From Mobula hypostoma (lineage: Eukaryota): a DNA stretch of 64,000 nt. The position numbers were made by a program, and so were the translations under genes. The notes beneath the pieces were generated by a model. It worked only from the letters and a program-made list of their open reading frames with translations. It was not told the origin of the DNA and made no database searches. Positions 50,420-64,000 of the stretch are shown one piece after another. Location of the stretch: assembly GCF_963921235.1 (NCBI RefSeq), contig NC_086097.1:51834001-51898000 (forward strand), written 5' to 3'. The stretch's first letter is position 1, and every line of letters starts with the position of its first letter.

Positions 50420-51765
50420 TCGTAGAACTGTAGAGTGTGGAACAAGACCATTCAGCCTAACTCATCTACACTGACTGGTGGGTATAGTTTCATATTAACC
50501 CCATTAACCAGAACCTGGTTCCCAGCTGACTGTACGTCAAAAATTCAATTGTTCATCTTGACACTTAAATGCTGATAATGACTTAGCTTCTACCATTCCC
50601 CTTGGCTGTACTTTCCAGGTACTCACCAATCTCTGGGTTTAAGAGTGTTCCCTACATATCCCCTCTCAGTTTTACCTACTTTCTAGTAAGGGCAAAAGTT
50701 TCCTGCAGTCTACCTTATCTATGTTCCTCATAGTTCTATATCCCTCTGTCATGTCTCTCCTTCATATGTGATGAGACCTGGGTGGTTGCTATGCGATATG
50801 GATGTGGGGGACAAGATCAGTAAGTTCATGGATGATGCAAAGATTGGTGGAGTTGTTGATAGTGTGGAAAGTAGTCTTAGGTAACAGATGGTTATCTGTT
50901 TTGGTGTAGTCAGCTGAAAAATGTCAGGTAGAGATTTGTGGTAGGGTCTAAGGAAGTATTGAACAATAGAATACAAGTTCACAATCCTTGAAGGTGGCAA
51001 TACAGATAGACAAAATGATCAGGAAGACATGTGGGATACTGGCTTTCATTATTTGGTGCAGTGAATACAGAATTAGGGAGTTCATATTCGTCTTTATCAA
51101 ACCTTGGTCATACTTCAGATGAAGTATTGCGTGCAATTCCGGTTAGTAAAGTAAAGGAAGTGAAGCTAGTGCTGGAGAGGGTGTGATGCAGAGTAGATTC
51201 ACCAGGATATTGCTGGGATGGACCAGTTCAGTTACGAGGAGAGACTGGAGAAGCTATGCCTTCTATGCCAGAGGAGACATGACTGTGGGATGTTGTTTTG
51301 TTTGACAGTATATTGCATGGAATTGGTTGAAAGACAATAAAGTTGAACTTGAACAAGTCATTCACATATATCACCGACGGGAAGGATCCCAGCACGCATC
51401 CTTGTGGGACACCACTAATCACACACAAGCAGAGGCTTTTTCCTGGGGCTGAAATGACTAACATGAGAGGGCACCGTTTTAAGCTGCTTGGAAGTAGGTA
51501 CAGAGGAGATGTCAGGGGTAAGTTTTTTATGTAGAGAGTGGTGACTGCGTGGAATCGGCTGCCGGCGACTGTGATGGAGGCAGATAGAATAGGGTCTTTT
51601 AAGAGACTCCTGGATAGGTACATGGAGCTTAGGAAAATAGAGGGGTTACCATAGCCTTCTATGGGTAACCCTAGGTAATTTCTAAGTAAGTATATGTTCG
51701 GCACAGCATTGTGGGCTAAAGGGCCTGTATTGTGCTGCAGGTATTCTATGTTTTCTATGTTTTAA
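50420..51765. mobile_element. Cluster of CR1 fragments on both strands
   Basis: KFMDDAKIGGVVDS (+), SGVPQGCVLG (-), RGHRFKLLG...FFM (+) with a TTCTATG tail. Confidence 0.75.
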
Positions 51766-51854
51766 TCACTAAAACAACCCTGCACCATCATCACCTTCTG
51801 TCTCCTATGGCCAAGCCGGTTTCATTTAGTTATTTCATTTCATTTCGGGATAAG

Positions 51855-52000
51855 GCACAGTATACGCCCTTCAGGCTCAATGAGTCATGCTGCCCAACAT
51901 CACAGGACAATTTACAATGACCAATTAACCTACAAACCGGTCTTTGGACTGTGGGAGGAAACTGGAGCACCTTGAGAAAACCCACATGGTGACGGAGACT
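51855..52000 (-). mobile_element. V-SINE fragment
   Basis: TCTTTGGACTGTGGGAGGAAACTGGAGCACC is the reverse complement of the V-domain. Confidence 0.65.
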
Positions 52001-55000
52001 TGGATCTGGTTCGCTAACTTGCCCGAGATCCCACGAACCTTTTGCACTAGTATCAAATCTAGAACCTTGTCAAAGGCTTTACTAATATCCATGTAAGTCT
52101 CATCTACTGATATGCCCTCATTGATACACATTGTTTCTTCTTTAAAGAATTCAATCAAATTGGTTAGACAGGATACCTCTTTGCTATAACTACATTGACT
52201 GTCTCTGAGTAGTCCCTGCTTTCCAAATTACCATTAATCCTCTCACTCAGCAATTTTCCAGTATCTTCCCTACCATTGATGTTAGGTTCAGATCTATAGG
52301 CACCAGGATTTTGCTTGCAGCCTTTCTTGATGAGAGAGACTGCGTTCACTGTCCTCCGGACATCTGATATATCCTTTTGGCGAAGGAGTACACAGTATAT
52401 GTTCAATAGAGAACTTCTACCTATTTTGCTTATGTAGATTTCTCAATAGTTTGGCATCAAGATTATACTGGATTTTTCTTTGCATCTGCAAAAAGGGAAC
52501 TGCATGGGATCAATGTAATCTATTGGTCATCTCAAAGTTAAAAAAAATCTAATACTTTAAGTCTTTTAGCCCCTATCATTTTCCCTGCTATTGGCCTATT
52601 CATTTCTTGTTGAAGTTGCTTTTATTAGTTGATTTACTATTTTTATGAACTGCTGGCTCCATCTTTCCACACATTGCATGTCTGTGAGTTTGAATCTGTG
52701 GTACTATCTTTTATATTATTGGCTAACCTACCTTCATATTTCATCTTTTCTCTGCTTATGAGTTTTTTTGTTGCCTGTTGTTGTTTTTTAAAAGCTCCCC
52801 AATCCTCTAACATCCCAATAATACTTGCTGTATTATATGCCCTCTCTTTTCCTTTTGTGCTGTCTTTGACTTCCCTTGTCAGCCACGGTTGCCTTATCCT
52901 CCATTTAGAATCCTTTTTCAACTTTGGGATGTTACCATCCTGTACCTTCCGAATTGCTTCAGGAACTCCAGACATTTCTGCTTTGCCGACATTCCTGTTA
53001 GTGTCTCCTTCCAATCAACTTTGGCCAGCTCCCCTTTCATGCCTCCATAATTCTCTTTCTCCACAGTAATACTGATACATCTGACTTCAGCTTTTCCTTC
53101 TCAAACTACAGGGTGAATTCTATCATGTTATGATCACTGTCTCTAAAGGGTTCCTTCACCTTAAGCTCCCTAACCTAGGACTCACGTTCAAGGACTCTTC
53201 GTTTCATGGTCTCAATATTTATTGCTTATTTACCTATTATTATTATTATTTTTTCTTTCTATTTATGTTTGCAGTTTGCTGTCTCTTGCACACTGGTTGT
53301 CCACCCTGTTGATTTAGTCATTCATTGACTCTTTTATGGTGATTGAATTTACTGAGTATGCCCACAAGCAAATGAATCCCTGGGTTGTATATGGTGACAT
53401 ATACTGTATGTACTTTGATAACAAATTTACTTTGAACTAATTAAATCTGTTTCATTACACAACACCCAGTGCAGAATTGCCTTTCCTTAGTGGCTCATCC
53501 ACAAGCTCCCCTCAAAAGGCATATCCTAGGCATTCTACAAAATCCATCTCCTGGGATCTAGCACCAACCTGATTTTACCAATCTGCCTGCGTATTGAAAT
53601 TCCCCATGATAATTCAGACACTGCCCTTTTTATGTAGCTTTTCTATCTCCCATTGTGATTTGTATCCCACATCCTGGATACAGTTTGGAGGCCTGGGTAT
53701 AACTCCCATCAGGAATTTTTACCCTTCTAGTTTCAAAAACTCTACCCACAAGGATTCTACATCTTCTAATCCTGTGTCACCTCTTCCTAAGGATTTGATT
53801 TTATTTTCTTTTACCAACAGAGCCACCCCGTCCCCTCTGCCTACTGGCCTGTCCTCTTGATACAATGTGTATCCTTGAATGTAAAGCTCAGAAATATTTT
53901 GTTCTTTCACCTACGACTCGGTGATGCCCATACCTGCCAATCTGTAACTGTGCTACAAGATCATCTACCTTATTCTGTATACTGTGTGCATGCAAATATA
54001 ACACTTTCTGTCCTGCATTCATTGCCCATTTCGATTTTATGTTATGTTTCAACCCATCGCACTGAGAGCAACTTTGCCTTATCAACTGACTGTCTTTCCT
54101 CTCAGTCTCACAACACACTACATCTACTTGTATACCGACTGCCCCTCCTCACCCCTATCACTCCAGTTCCCATCCCCTTGCCCAGTTAGTTTAAACCCTC
54201 TACAACGGCTCTAGCAGACCTGCCCACAAGGATATTAGTCCCCCTTGGTTCCAGGTGTAATCTGTCTTTTTTGTACAGGTCATACCTTCCTCAGAGAAGA
54301 GCCCAATGATTCAGAAATCGGCAATCTTGCCCACTACACCAGTTTCTCTCAGCCATGCATTCATCTGCTGAATCAGGCAGCAATCCAGAGACCTTGGAGG
54401 TCTTGCTTTTCAGTTTTATATGTAATTGTCATATTCTGTCTTCTGGATCCCCTCCCTTTTGGTAGGAGGTCCAGAAGAGAGAATATAATTTACAGGTACC
54501 AATATGTACCATGACTTCCAGCTTCTTATCCTCCCTCTTTAGAATGCTGTGGAGCTGATCTGAGACATTCCTGATCGTGGCATCTGGGAGGCAACATATC
54601 ATCTAAGTGTATCTTTCATGTACACAGAATCTCCTGCGTGCTCCTTTAACTATGGAATCCTCTATTGCAACTATACTTCTCTCCTACTCCTTTATCTTCT
54701 GAGTCACAAAGCTAGACTCAGTGCCAGAGACCCAGTCAGTACAATTTCCCCCGGTACACTGCTCCCCCCACACCACCAACGATATACTTATTATTGAGTC
54801 TCTGCTCTGGCCACAAGGGTAAGCTGCACTGGCTGCCTATTCCTTTTCCCTCTCCTGACAGTCACCCAGGTACCCGCCTCCTGCAGCTTAGGGGTGACTA
54901 CTTCCCTGCATTACTGCCTCATCTGCATGAAGGTCATCAAGCTGCAGCTCCAGTTCCTTAGCATGGTCTCTAAGGAGCTGCAGTTTGATGCATTTCATGG

Positions 55001-55085
55001 AGATGTAGTTATCAGGGAGACAGAGGTCTCCCAGAGTACCACTAACCCTGGCTCCATTCTCACTGCACTAGCTATGTACTAATAG
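52000..55085 (-). mobile_element. Degraded CR1 including ORF1 (zipper and SGNH esterase) and endonuclease; Rex tail inserted at ~53175-53440
   Basis: CIKLQLLRDHAKELELQLDDL; IEDSIVKG...CLPDATIRNVSDQL; GRGDGVALLVK; RLANNIK; MDISKAFDKV. Confidence 0.75.
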
Positions 55086-56212
55086 ACAAAGAAAGAGAGA
55101 AAAAAACATGCTAGAAACTTCTGCCTGCTGCCTCTGCCTGCTCTCACCTAAGCCTGTTGAGACAAAGCTTGACCACTCTAACACTGTCCACTCCTACAAA
55201 GGCGGCTCTGCTTACAGCTTGTTTCATTTTATTGGCCTTTGGTTCAATCTATAATGTGGTTTATCATTCTTCCTTCAAAAGTGGACAATCACATTTTCCC
55301 CATTATACTCCATCTGCCAGCCTCTTGTCCATTCACGTTAACTATATTGCTTTGGAGACTCTTTGCACCTACCTAACAACTTCCTAACCCTCTTTGTATC
55401 ATCAGCAAATTTAGCTGCTGTACTCTTGGTCTTTTCATCTGTCATTGATTGATTAATTAATAGAAAACAGATTGTCAGCAAAAATGGGTAATTTTTTCCA
55501 TTGGCAAACATTAACTAATTTTAAATAGCTGAGACCACAGCACTGATCTCTGTGGCACCCTACTAGTTAATGTTTACCCCTCCAGAAATGATCTATTTAT
55601 CCTCAGTCTACTTTCTGTTAGTTAGTCAACTCCTTATCTACTGTATGTCAATTTATTACTAACCACCCTATGTGCTCTTATGTTTTGCAGTAACCTTGAA
55701 TGGACCTCAATTCTTCAACTATCTTTTGGAAATTGAAATACAACACATCCACTGTTCCATTTTACACTCCTTGTGTGGTACAAGTTAAATAATTATAACA
55801 AATTTGTCTAACACTATTTCCCTTTCATGAAACCACACTGTCTCTAAGACTGTATTAATGTCTTCCATATGTCTTATCATTACCCTATTAATAATAGCTT
55901 TCAGCATTTTCCTCAGAGACAAATGTCAAGCAAAAAAATTGGCTTACAAATTCCCACATATGTTTCTCTCATTACTTGAATAGCTGATTTATATTTGCAA
56001 TGTTCAAAGAGCACTCCCAAATTCAAAAGTTTTGTTAAATTGTGATGCTTTTACTATATCTGTAACCACTTTTTAAGTTCTTAGAACATAGGTTGGGTTA
56101 CATTTGGCCATTGGCCTCATTAGTTTATCTAGTGCTTGACATCAAATTCCAAGCAGGGGTTCCCATTGTTGATAAGTGTCACACTGCTCTTTATGTTACT
56201 GAGTGAACTGAG

Positions 56213-58999
56213 ATAGAACATAGAACATAGAAAAGTACAGCACAGTACAGGCCCTTTGGCCCACAATGTTGTGCCGACCCTCAAACCCTGCCTCCCATAT
56301 AAGCCCCCACCTTAAATTCCTCCATATACCTGTCTAGTAGTCTCTTAAACTTCACTAGTGTATCTGCCTCCACCACTGACTCAGGCAGTGTATTCCACGC
56401 ACCAACCACTCTCTGAGTAAAAAACCTTCCTCTAATATCCCCCTTGAACTTCCCACCCCTTACCTTAAAGCCATGTCCTCTTGTATTGAGCAGTGGTGCC
56501 CTGGGGAAGAGGCGCTGCTATCCACTCTATCTATTCCTCTTATTATCTTGTACACCTCTATCATGTCTCCTCTCATCCTCCTTCTCTCCAAAGAGTAAAG
56601 CCCTAGCTCCCTTAATCTCTGATCATAATGCATACTTTCTACACCAGGCAGCATCCTGGTAAATCTCCTCTGTACCCTTTCCAGTGCTTTCACATCCTTC
56701 CTATAGTGAGGTGACCAGAACTGGACACAGTACTCCAAGTGTGGCCTAACCAGAGTTTTATAGAGCTGCATCATTATATCGCGACTCTTAAACTCTATCC
56801 CTCGACTTATGAAAGCCAGCACCCCATAAGCTTTCTTAACTGCCCTATCCACCTGTGAGGCAACTTTCAGGGATCTGTGGACATGTACCCCGAGATCCCT
56901 CTGCTCCTCCACACTACCAAGTATCCTGCCATTTAGTTTGTACTCTGCCTTGGAGTTTGTCCTTCCAAAGTATACCACCTCACACTTCTCCGAGTTGAAC
57001 TCCATCTGCCACTTCTCAGCCCACTTCTGCAACCTATCAATGTCTCTCTGCAATCTTTGACAATCCTCTACACTATCTACAACACCACCAACCTTTGTGT
57101 CGTCTGCAAACTTGCCAACCCACCCTTCTACCCCCACATCCAGGTCATTAATAAAAATCACTAAAAGTAGAGGTCCCAGAACAGATCCTTGTGGGACACC
57201 ACTAGTCACAATCCTCCAATTTGAATGTACTCCCTCTACCACCACCCTCTGCCTTCTGCCTTCTGCAGGCAAGCCAATTCTGAATCCAGCCGGCCAAACT
57301 TCCCTGGATCCCATGCCTTCTAACTTTCTGAATAAGCCTACCATGTGGAACCTTGTCAAATGCCTTACTAAAATCCATATAGATCACATCCACTGCACTA
57401 CCCTCATCTATATGACTGGTCACCTCCTCAAAGAACTCCATCAGGCTTGTTAGACATGATCTGCCCTTCACAAAGCCATGCTGACTGTCCCTGATCAGAC
57501 CATGATTCTCTAAATGCCTATAGATCCTATCTCTAAGAATCTTTTCCAACAGCTTTCCCACTACAGGCGTAAGGCTCACTGGTCTATAATTACCCGGACT
57601 ATCCCTACTACCTTTTTTGAACAAGGGAACAACATTCGCCTCCCTCCAATCCTCCGGTACCGTTCCTGTGGACAACGAGGACATAAAGATCCTAGCCAGA
57701 GGCTCAGCAATCTCTTCTCTCGCCTCGTGGAGCAGACTGGGGAATATTCCGTCAGGCCCTGGGGACTTATCCATCCTAATGTATTTTAACAACTCCAGCA
57801 CCTCCTCTCCCTTAATATCAACATGCTCCAGAACATCTACCTCACTCATATTGTCCTCACCATCATCAAATTCCCTCTCATTGGTGAATACTGAAGAGAA
57901 GTATTCATTGAGGACCTCGCTCACTTCCACAGCCTCCAGGCACATCTTCCCACCTTTATCTCTAATCGGTCCTACCTTCACTCCTGTCATCCTTTTTTTT
58001 CTTCACATAATTGAAGAATGCCTTGGGGTTTTCCTTTACCCTACTCGCCAAGGCCTTCTCATGCCCCCTTCTTGCTCTTCTCAGCCCCTTCTTAAGCTCC
58101 TTTCTTGCTTTCCTATAGACCCATCTGATCCTTGCTTCCTAAACCTCATGTATCCTGCCTTCTTCCACCTGACTAGATTTTCCACCTCACTTGTCACCTA
58201 TGGTTCCTTCATCCTACCATTCTTTATCTTCCTCACCGGAACAAATTTATCCCTTACATCCCGCAAGAGATCTCTAAACATTGACCACGTGTCCATAGTT
58301 CATTTCCCTGCAAAAACATCATCCCAATTCACACCCGCAAGTTCTAGCCTTATAGCCTCATAATTTGCCTTTCCCCAATTAAAAATTTTCCTGTCCTCTT
58401 TGATTTTATCCTTTTCCAGGATAATTATAAAGGCCAGGGAGTGGTGGTCACTGTCTCCCAGATGCTCACCCACTGAGAGATCTGTGACCTGATCCGGTTC
58501 ATTACCTAGTACTAGATCTGGTATGGCATTCCCCCTGGTCGGCCTGTCCACATACTGTGACAGGAATCCACCCTGGACACACTTAACAAATTCTGCCCCG
58601 TCTAAACCCTTGGAACTAATCAGGTGCCAATCAATATTAGGGAAGTTAAAGTCACCCATGATAACAACCCTGTTATTTTTGCACCTTTCCAAAATCTGCC
58701 TCCCAATCTGCTCCTCTGTATCTCTGCTGCTACCAGGGGGCCTATAGAATACCCCCAGTAGAGTAACTGCTCCCTTCCTGTTCCTGACTTCCACCCATAT
58801 TGACTCAAAAGAGGATCCTGCTACATTACCCACCCTTTCTGTAGCTGTAATAGTATCCCTGACCAGTAATGCCACCCCTCCTCCCCTTTTTCCGCCCTCT
58901 CTATCCCTTTTAGAGCACTGAAATCCAGGAATATTGAGAATCCATTCTTGCCCTGGTGCCAGCCAAGTCTCTGTAATGGCCACTACATCATAATTCCAT
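56213..58999 (-). mobile_element. Relatively young CR1 LINE ORF2 (endonuclease + RT), 5'-truncated, few lesions
   Basis: ORFs 58300-58983 (ITETW, YRPP, GDFN, SDH), 57202-57990 and 56460-57359 ([15 protein letters not shown]). (ATAGAAC)n tail at 56213. Confidence 0.95.
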
Positions 59000-59109
59000 G
59001 ATAGGTGTGATTACATTTAGAATGAAAAGAACCAGAGAATTTTCAAGCAATGTACTATAATTTCTGGAGATTTCAATCTGCTGATTTCAACATGAAATAA
59101 GCTGATTTC

Positions 59110-60645
59110 ATGTCTGGACCAGAGAGTGGGGAATGAGCCAGTGTATGGCTATTGCTGGAGCGGACTTGGAGGCAATTCCACACGCAGAGCCGAGGTGAGA
59201 GGAGGCGGAGCTTGGCCCAACAGTGAGGAATGACCCGAGGTTTGGATTATTTAAGTGCAAAGCTGAATTGGAAAGGTTGGGTTTGGGCCAAATCAAGGCA
59301 GCTTGGCTCAAGCACGAAGAGTGAATCGAAGTGGCAGGGCCCGCGTCCGAGAGCAAGGAACAACTTGCGGTTTGGATGATTTAAGTGTCAGGCCAGATTG
59401 AAAAGGTCAGGGTTTCGGGGCTGGAGGCGAGGGCCGGGCCGGGCCAGGCCAGTTCAGCTCGCGTCTCTGCGAGGTTTACTCGTTTCTGCGCTGAACTTCA
59501 GCTCGCGTTTCTGCTCCACAGTTTACTGTCCTGGACTCAGCATGTAAGTTCAATTGTGAAGAATGCACGGCAGCACCTCTGTTTTCTTAGGAGTCTGTTG
59601 AGATTTGGCATGACATCTGAAACTTTGACAAACTTCTATGGATGTGTAGTGGTGAGTGTATTAACTGGCTGTATCACATCCTGGTATGAAAATACTAATA
59701 CCTTTGGACAGAAAATCCTACAAAAGGTACTAGATTCAGCCCAGTATATCACAGATAAAGCCCTCTCAACCACTGAGCACATCTACATTAAACGCTGTCG
59801 TAGGAAAGCAGCATCCATCGTTAAAGATCCCCACTACCCAGGTCATTCTCTCTTTTCACTGCTGCCATCAGGTAGAAAGTATAAGAGCCTCAGGGCTCAC
59901 AGCACCAGGTTGAAGAACATTTACTACCCCTCAACCATCAGGATCTTGAATAAAAGGGGATAGCTACACTCATGCCCCATTATTGAAATGTTCCTACAAC
60001 CAATGATCTCGCTTCAACTACTCTTTATCTCGTTATCTCATTTTCTCATTATTTATTACTATTTATTTATATTTGCATTTTCACAGTTATCTTCTACACT
60101 CTGGCTGATCTTTCTTTGATCCTGTTTTTAGTTACTATTCTATAGATTTGTTGAGTATGCTTGGAGGAAAATAAATCTCAGAGTTGCATAGGGTGACATA
60201 TGTATTTAATAACAAAATTTACTTAGTCTTAGACTTACTCATCCCTGTACTGAACTGAGGTTGTGGCTTGCAACTAATGGGTTTCTGAATCTACCAGGTT
60301 GTGAGCTCACTTTCGTGAATTCACTTCTGAATGCTATTTGCTTACTTTTATTGTTGGTACGATTTGTTTTACTGCTCTCTGCACATTGGGTGTTTAATGG
60401 TCTTCTTTTATTTTAATGGGTTAAACATAGAACATAGAATAGTACAGCACAGTACAGGCCCTTCGGCCCACGTTGTTGTGCTGACCCTCAAACCCTGCCT
60501 CCCCTATAACCCCCCACCTTAAATTCCTCCATATACTCTATTGGGTTCTATTGGGTTTCTTTGTTTTGTGGCTGCCTGTAAGGAGACGAATCTCAAGGTT
60601 GTATAAAGTGTATACACTTTGATAATAAATGTACTTTGATCTTTG
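59110..60645 (+). mobile_element. Non-coding GC-rich repeat with Rex-type tail, interrupted by a Rex1 3' fragment (59528-60225) and a CR1 tail (~60426-60535)
   Basis: Internal direct repeats GGTTTGGAT.ATTTAAGTG...AAAGG; peptide KNARQHLCFLRSL...LPSGRKYKS; tail GAATCTCAAGGTTGTATA...AATAAA. Confidence 0.65.
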
Positions 60646-60771
60646 AAAAATACTTATTCAAACACATTGAAAAATTCAATTAAGTTTTGTTGTTGTGAAA
60701 TAATGTTCCTTGAAAAGCTGAATGCATCTTTTTACCAAAAAACTATAAAAATGCAGAAATTCAATCTATTA

Positions 60772-62050
60772 TTTGTGCGTGGAAGGTCATGTTTGACAAA
60801 TCTTATTGAATTTTTTGAAGAGGTTACTAGGAAAGTTGATGAGGGTAAAGCGGTGGATGTTGTCTATATGGACTTCAATAAGGCCTTTGACAAGGTTCCA
60901 CACGGAAGGTTAGTTAGGAAGGTTCAATCGTTAGGTATTAATATTGAAGTAGTAAAATGGATTCAGCAGTGGCTGGATGGGAGACGCCAGAGAGTAGTGG
61001 TGGATAACTGTTAGTCAGATTGGAGGCCGGTGACTAGTGGTGTGCCTCAGGGATCTGTACTGGGTCCAATGTTGTTTGTCATATATATTAATGATCTGGA
61101 TGATGGGGTGGTAAATTGGATGAGTAAGTATGCAGATGATACTAAGACAGGTGGAGTTGCGGATAATGAAGTAGGTTTTCAAAGCTTGCAGAGAGATTTA
61201 GGCCAGTTAGAAGAGTGGGCTGAAAGATGGTAGATGGAGTTTAATGCTGATAAATGTGAGGTGCTACATTTTGGTAGGACTAATCAAAATAGGACATACA
61301 TGGTAAATGGTAGGGCAAGGAAGAATGCAGTAGAACAGAGGGATCTAGGAATAATGGTGCATAGATCCCTGAAGGTGGAATCTCATGTGGATAGGGTGGT
61401 GAAGAAAGCTTTTGGTATGCTGGCCTTTATAAATCAGAGTATTGAGTACAGGAGTTGGGATGCAATGTTGAAATTGTACAAGGCATTGTTGAGGCCAAAT
61501 TTGAAGTATTGTGTACAGTTTTGGGCACTGTAAGGAAAGATGTCAACAAAATTGAGACAGTACACAGAAGATTTACTAGAATGTTACCTGAGTTTCATCA
61601 CTTAAGTTATAGAGAAAGGTTGAACAAGTTGGGTCTTTATTCTTTGGAATGTAGAAGGTTGAGGGGGGGACTTGATAGAGGTATTTAAAATTATGAGGGG
61701 GATAGATAGAGTTGACATGGATAGGCTTTTTCCATTGAGAATAGGGGAGATTCAAACAACAGGATATGAGTTGAGAGTTAAAGGGAAAAAGTTTAGGGGT
61801 AACATGAGGGGGAACTTCTTTACTCAGAGAGTGGTAGCTGTGTGGAACAAGCTTTCAGCAGAAGTGGTTGAGGCAGGTTCGATGTTGTCGTTTAAAGTTA
61901 AATTGGACAGCCATATGTACAGGAAAGGAATGGAGGATTATGGGCTGAGTGCAGGTCGGTGGGACTAGGTGAGAGTAAGAGTTCGGCACGGACTAGAAGG
62001 GCCGAGATGGCCTGTCTCTGTGCTGTAATTGTTATATGGTTATATGGTTA
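60772..62050 (+). mobile_element. CR1 LINE RT and 3' end with (TTATATGG)n tail
   Basis: [50 protein letters not shown]. In-frame stops. Confidence 0.95.
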
Positions 62051-62204
62051 AGTAAAATCAATTTCCTTCTGTAATTCTAACCATGGCTTTAACTAAATTA
62101 CTGACTGCAGGAATCTTATAGCTTATTTCCTCCTTTAAGGAGCTTTTTCTGTAACCAGAACAAGAGCTTCTCCAAGTGAAATGAGAGCTTCAACATAAGC
62201 TAAA

Positions 62205-62273
62205 TTATCATCATATTTATATATCTTAAAAAAAGACGGCCGTCTTTTTTAAGATTTATAAATAAGATGATAA
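62205..62273. repeat. ~69-bp spacerless palindrome
   Basis: Centred on GACGG|CCGTC; arms differ by 2 substitutions and 1 A/T-run indel. Confidence 0.9.
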
Positions 62274-62514
62274 ACCACAAGTATTAAGTTGACTAAGTGA
62301 GACCAAAGATGTTTGTCTTATTGTTGCTTTAAAATACACTATTAAATTTTCATTTGAGAATGGTAGCAATTTTGACATTATTAAAATGAACATTCAAGGA
62401 ATATTTAATACTAGATGTAATGTTATGTTTTTCCTAATTATGTAAATTATATTCTATTCCAGTGCAAAGTATCTTTGATAGTCTTTATATTTCATTAACA
62501 TCGTTCACTACCCA

Positions 62515-63385
62515 TGGCGCGGCTTACAAAGAGAAGGTGAAAGTGCTCAATGCCTGATGCCAGTCAAATAATCTCTTCCTCAATGTCAAACAGACAAGGG
62601 AGATAGTTACCGACTTCAGGACAACTGACAGCACTCACAGACCCCTCTACGTCAGCAGCACAGCAGGGGAAACTGCAAACAGTTTCAAACTCCTGGGAGT
62701 GCACATCTTACACTAGCTCTCATGGCTGCAGAACACATCCTACATAATCAGGAAAGCTCACCAACACCCCTACATTCAGAGGAGGTTTCAGAGAGCTGGA
62801 CTATGCACATTAATACTCATGACCTTCTACAGATATGCAGTAGAAAGCATCCTAACATGCTGCATCGCTGCATGGTATGGAACCTGCACTACAGTGGACA
62901 GGAAGGCTCTACAACAGGTAGTCAAAACGTCCCAATGCATCATCAGAACCAGCCTACCCTGCATCAAGGACATATATACAGAAAGGTGCTGGGAAAAGGC
63001 CAGCAAAACCGTAAAGGATCTGACCCACCCTCCTCATGGACTGTTTGTCCCACTCCCATCAGGGGTGAGGCTACGTAACAGGACCACCAGACTCAAAAAC
63101 TGTTACTTTCCCCAAGCAGTAAGGCTGATCAACACCTCCACCCACTAACCCACCCCACCACCACAGCTTTATCATTTCCTGTCAGAGTCACTTTATGTAT
63201 AGACACTCCTGTACCTAGCATCGCCTTGTATACATACAATAAATCTATGTATATAAGCTATCTTATATATTTATATTTATTGTTTTTTATTATTTGGTTC
63301 TTTATCTTATTATGTTTTTGGTGCTGCATCATATATGGAGTAACAATTATTGCTTTCTCCTTTACACCTGTGTACTGGAAATGAC
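62515..63385 (+). mobile_element. Rex1/Babar LINE 3' fragment
   Basis: FYRYAVESILTCCIAAWYG...LPSGVRLRNRTTRLKNCYFPQAVRL. Confidence 0.85.
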
Positions 63386-63806
63386 CCTCCACCTTGTTGT
63401 GGGGTTTGGAGGCTTATGTGCTTCAATGACCTGGAGAGCTATGCTGGCTGGAATCAGAACTTTATGCTTCAACTCTTGGTAGGGTCACCCATGCCATACA
63501 GGTCAAAGGATAGAGGCCAAACTAAGTGTCCTCTGGTCCTCCAGGTTTGGGGGTTCAGATCAGGGCTAACGACGCTGTCTGGTAAAACAAAACTGTTACG
63601 GAAACAGCAATGAAGAATATTTCTATATCTGTGTGTGACGGTATTCCTGAGTCTCCAGTCGGGACTTGCACGGCTGACAGTAGTGGAAACCAAGAGGAAG
63701 CTACTGACGTGATGAAGGAAGGCCTGAACATCGCCAGAGATGGACGACCTTCCTGTCTAATATCATTTCCAGTACTTACTGCCCATTATGCCAGGCAGTA
63801 AATATC
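63386..63806 (+). mobile_element. RTE (Rex3/Expander-like) 5'UTR-derived repeat inserted in the Rex1 tail
   Basis: CCACCTTGTTGTGG...GAGCTATG...GGTAGGGTCACCCATG...CAGGTC resembles RTE 5'UTRs. The Rex tail resumes as (ATCTTGA)n. Confidence 0.5.
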
Positions 63807-64000
63807 GGAAATAAGATTATACAATCTTGAATCTTGAATTTACTAGTTCAGCTTTTTCATTGTGCTTCCTCAAGTAATGTTAAGAAGCCACGGTATATTA
63901 TAATTGCAATTTAGCAGTGAAGTAAACCCAAATTCTGTGACTTAACTGTCAACAGCGATATCTGCTTTGACTTTCGTACTGTAAGCTGTAAATCAATCTC

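Noticed and set aside
57617..58363. 248-aa plus-strand ORF and similar antisense ORFs
   Set aside because: Shadow frames antisense to LINE ORF2 sequence.

Overview
Vertebrate non-coding DNA (intronic or intergenic). The repeat inventory (CR1, Rex1/Babar, Penelope-like elements, V-SINEs) suggests a cartilaginous fish such as a ray or shark; this is an inference. I could not identify any host protein-coding exon, and well over half of the window is transposable-element debris. Highlights: (1) a non-autonomous Gypsy-type LTR element (29467-32244, minus) in which most of pol is replaced by an apparently intronless fragment of the host splicing-factor gene RBM25. (2) A three-level nest: a hAT/Charlie element (8-bp TSD) contains a CAC...GTG DNA transposon (4-bp TSD) that carries an intact 213-aa ORF and itself contains a tRNA-derived SINE (13-bp TSD). 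(3) Several Penelope-like terminal repeats with minimal type-I hammerhead ribozyme motifs; one has an intact catalytic core. (4) Further nested insertions with clear TSDs, a fold-back inverted duplication, a mariner MITE with four TIR copies, two unexplained palindromes and a compact bZIP/E-box motif cluster. Family names come from recognising motifs by eye, not from database searches. Boundaries of degraded elements are approximate.
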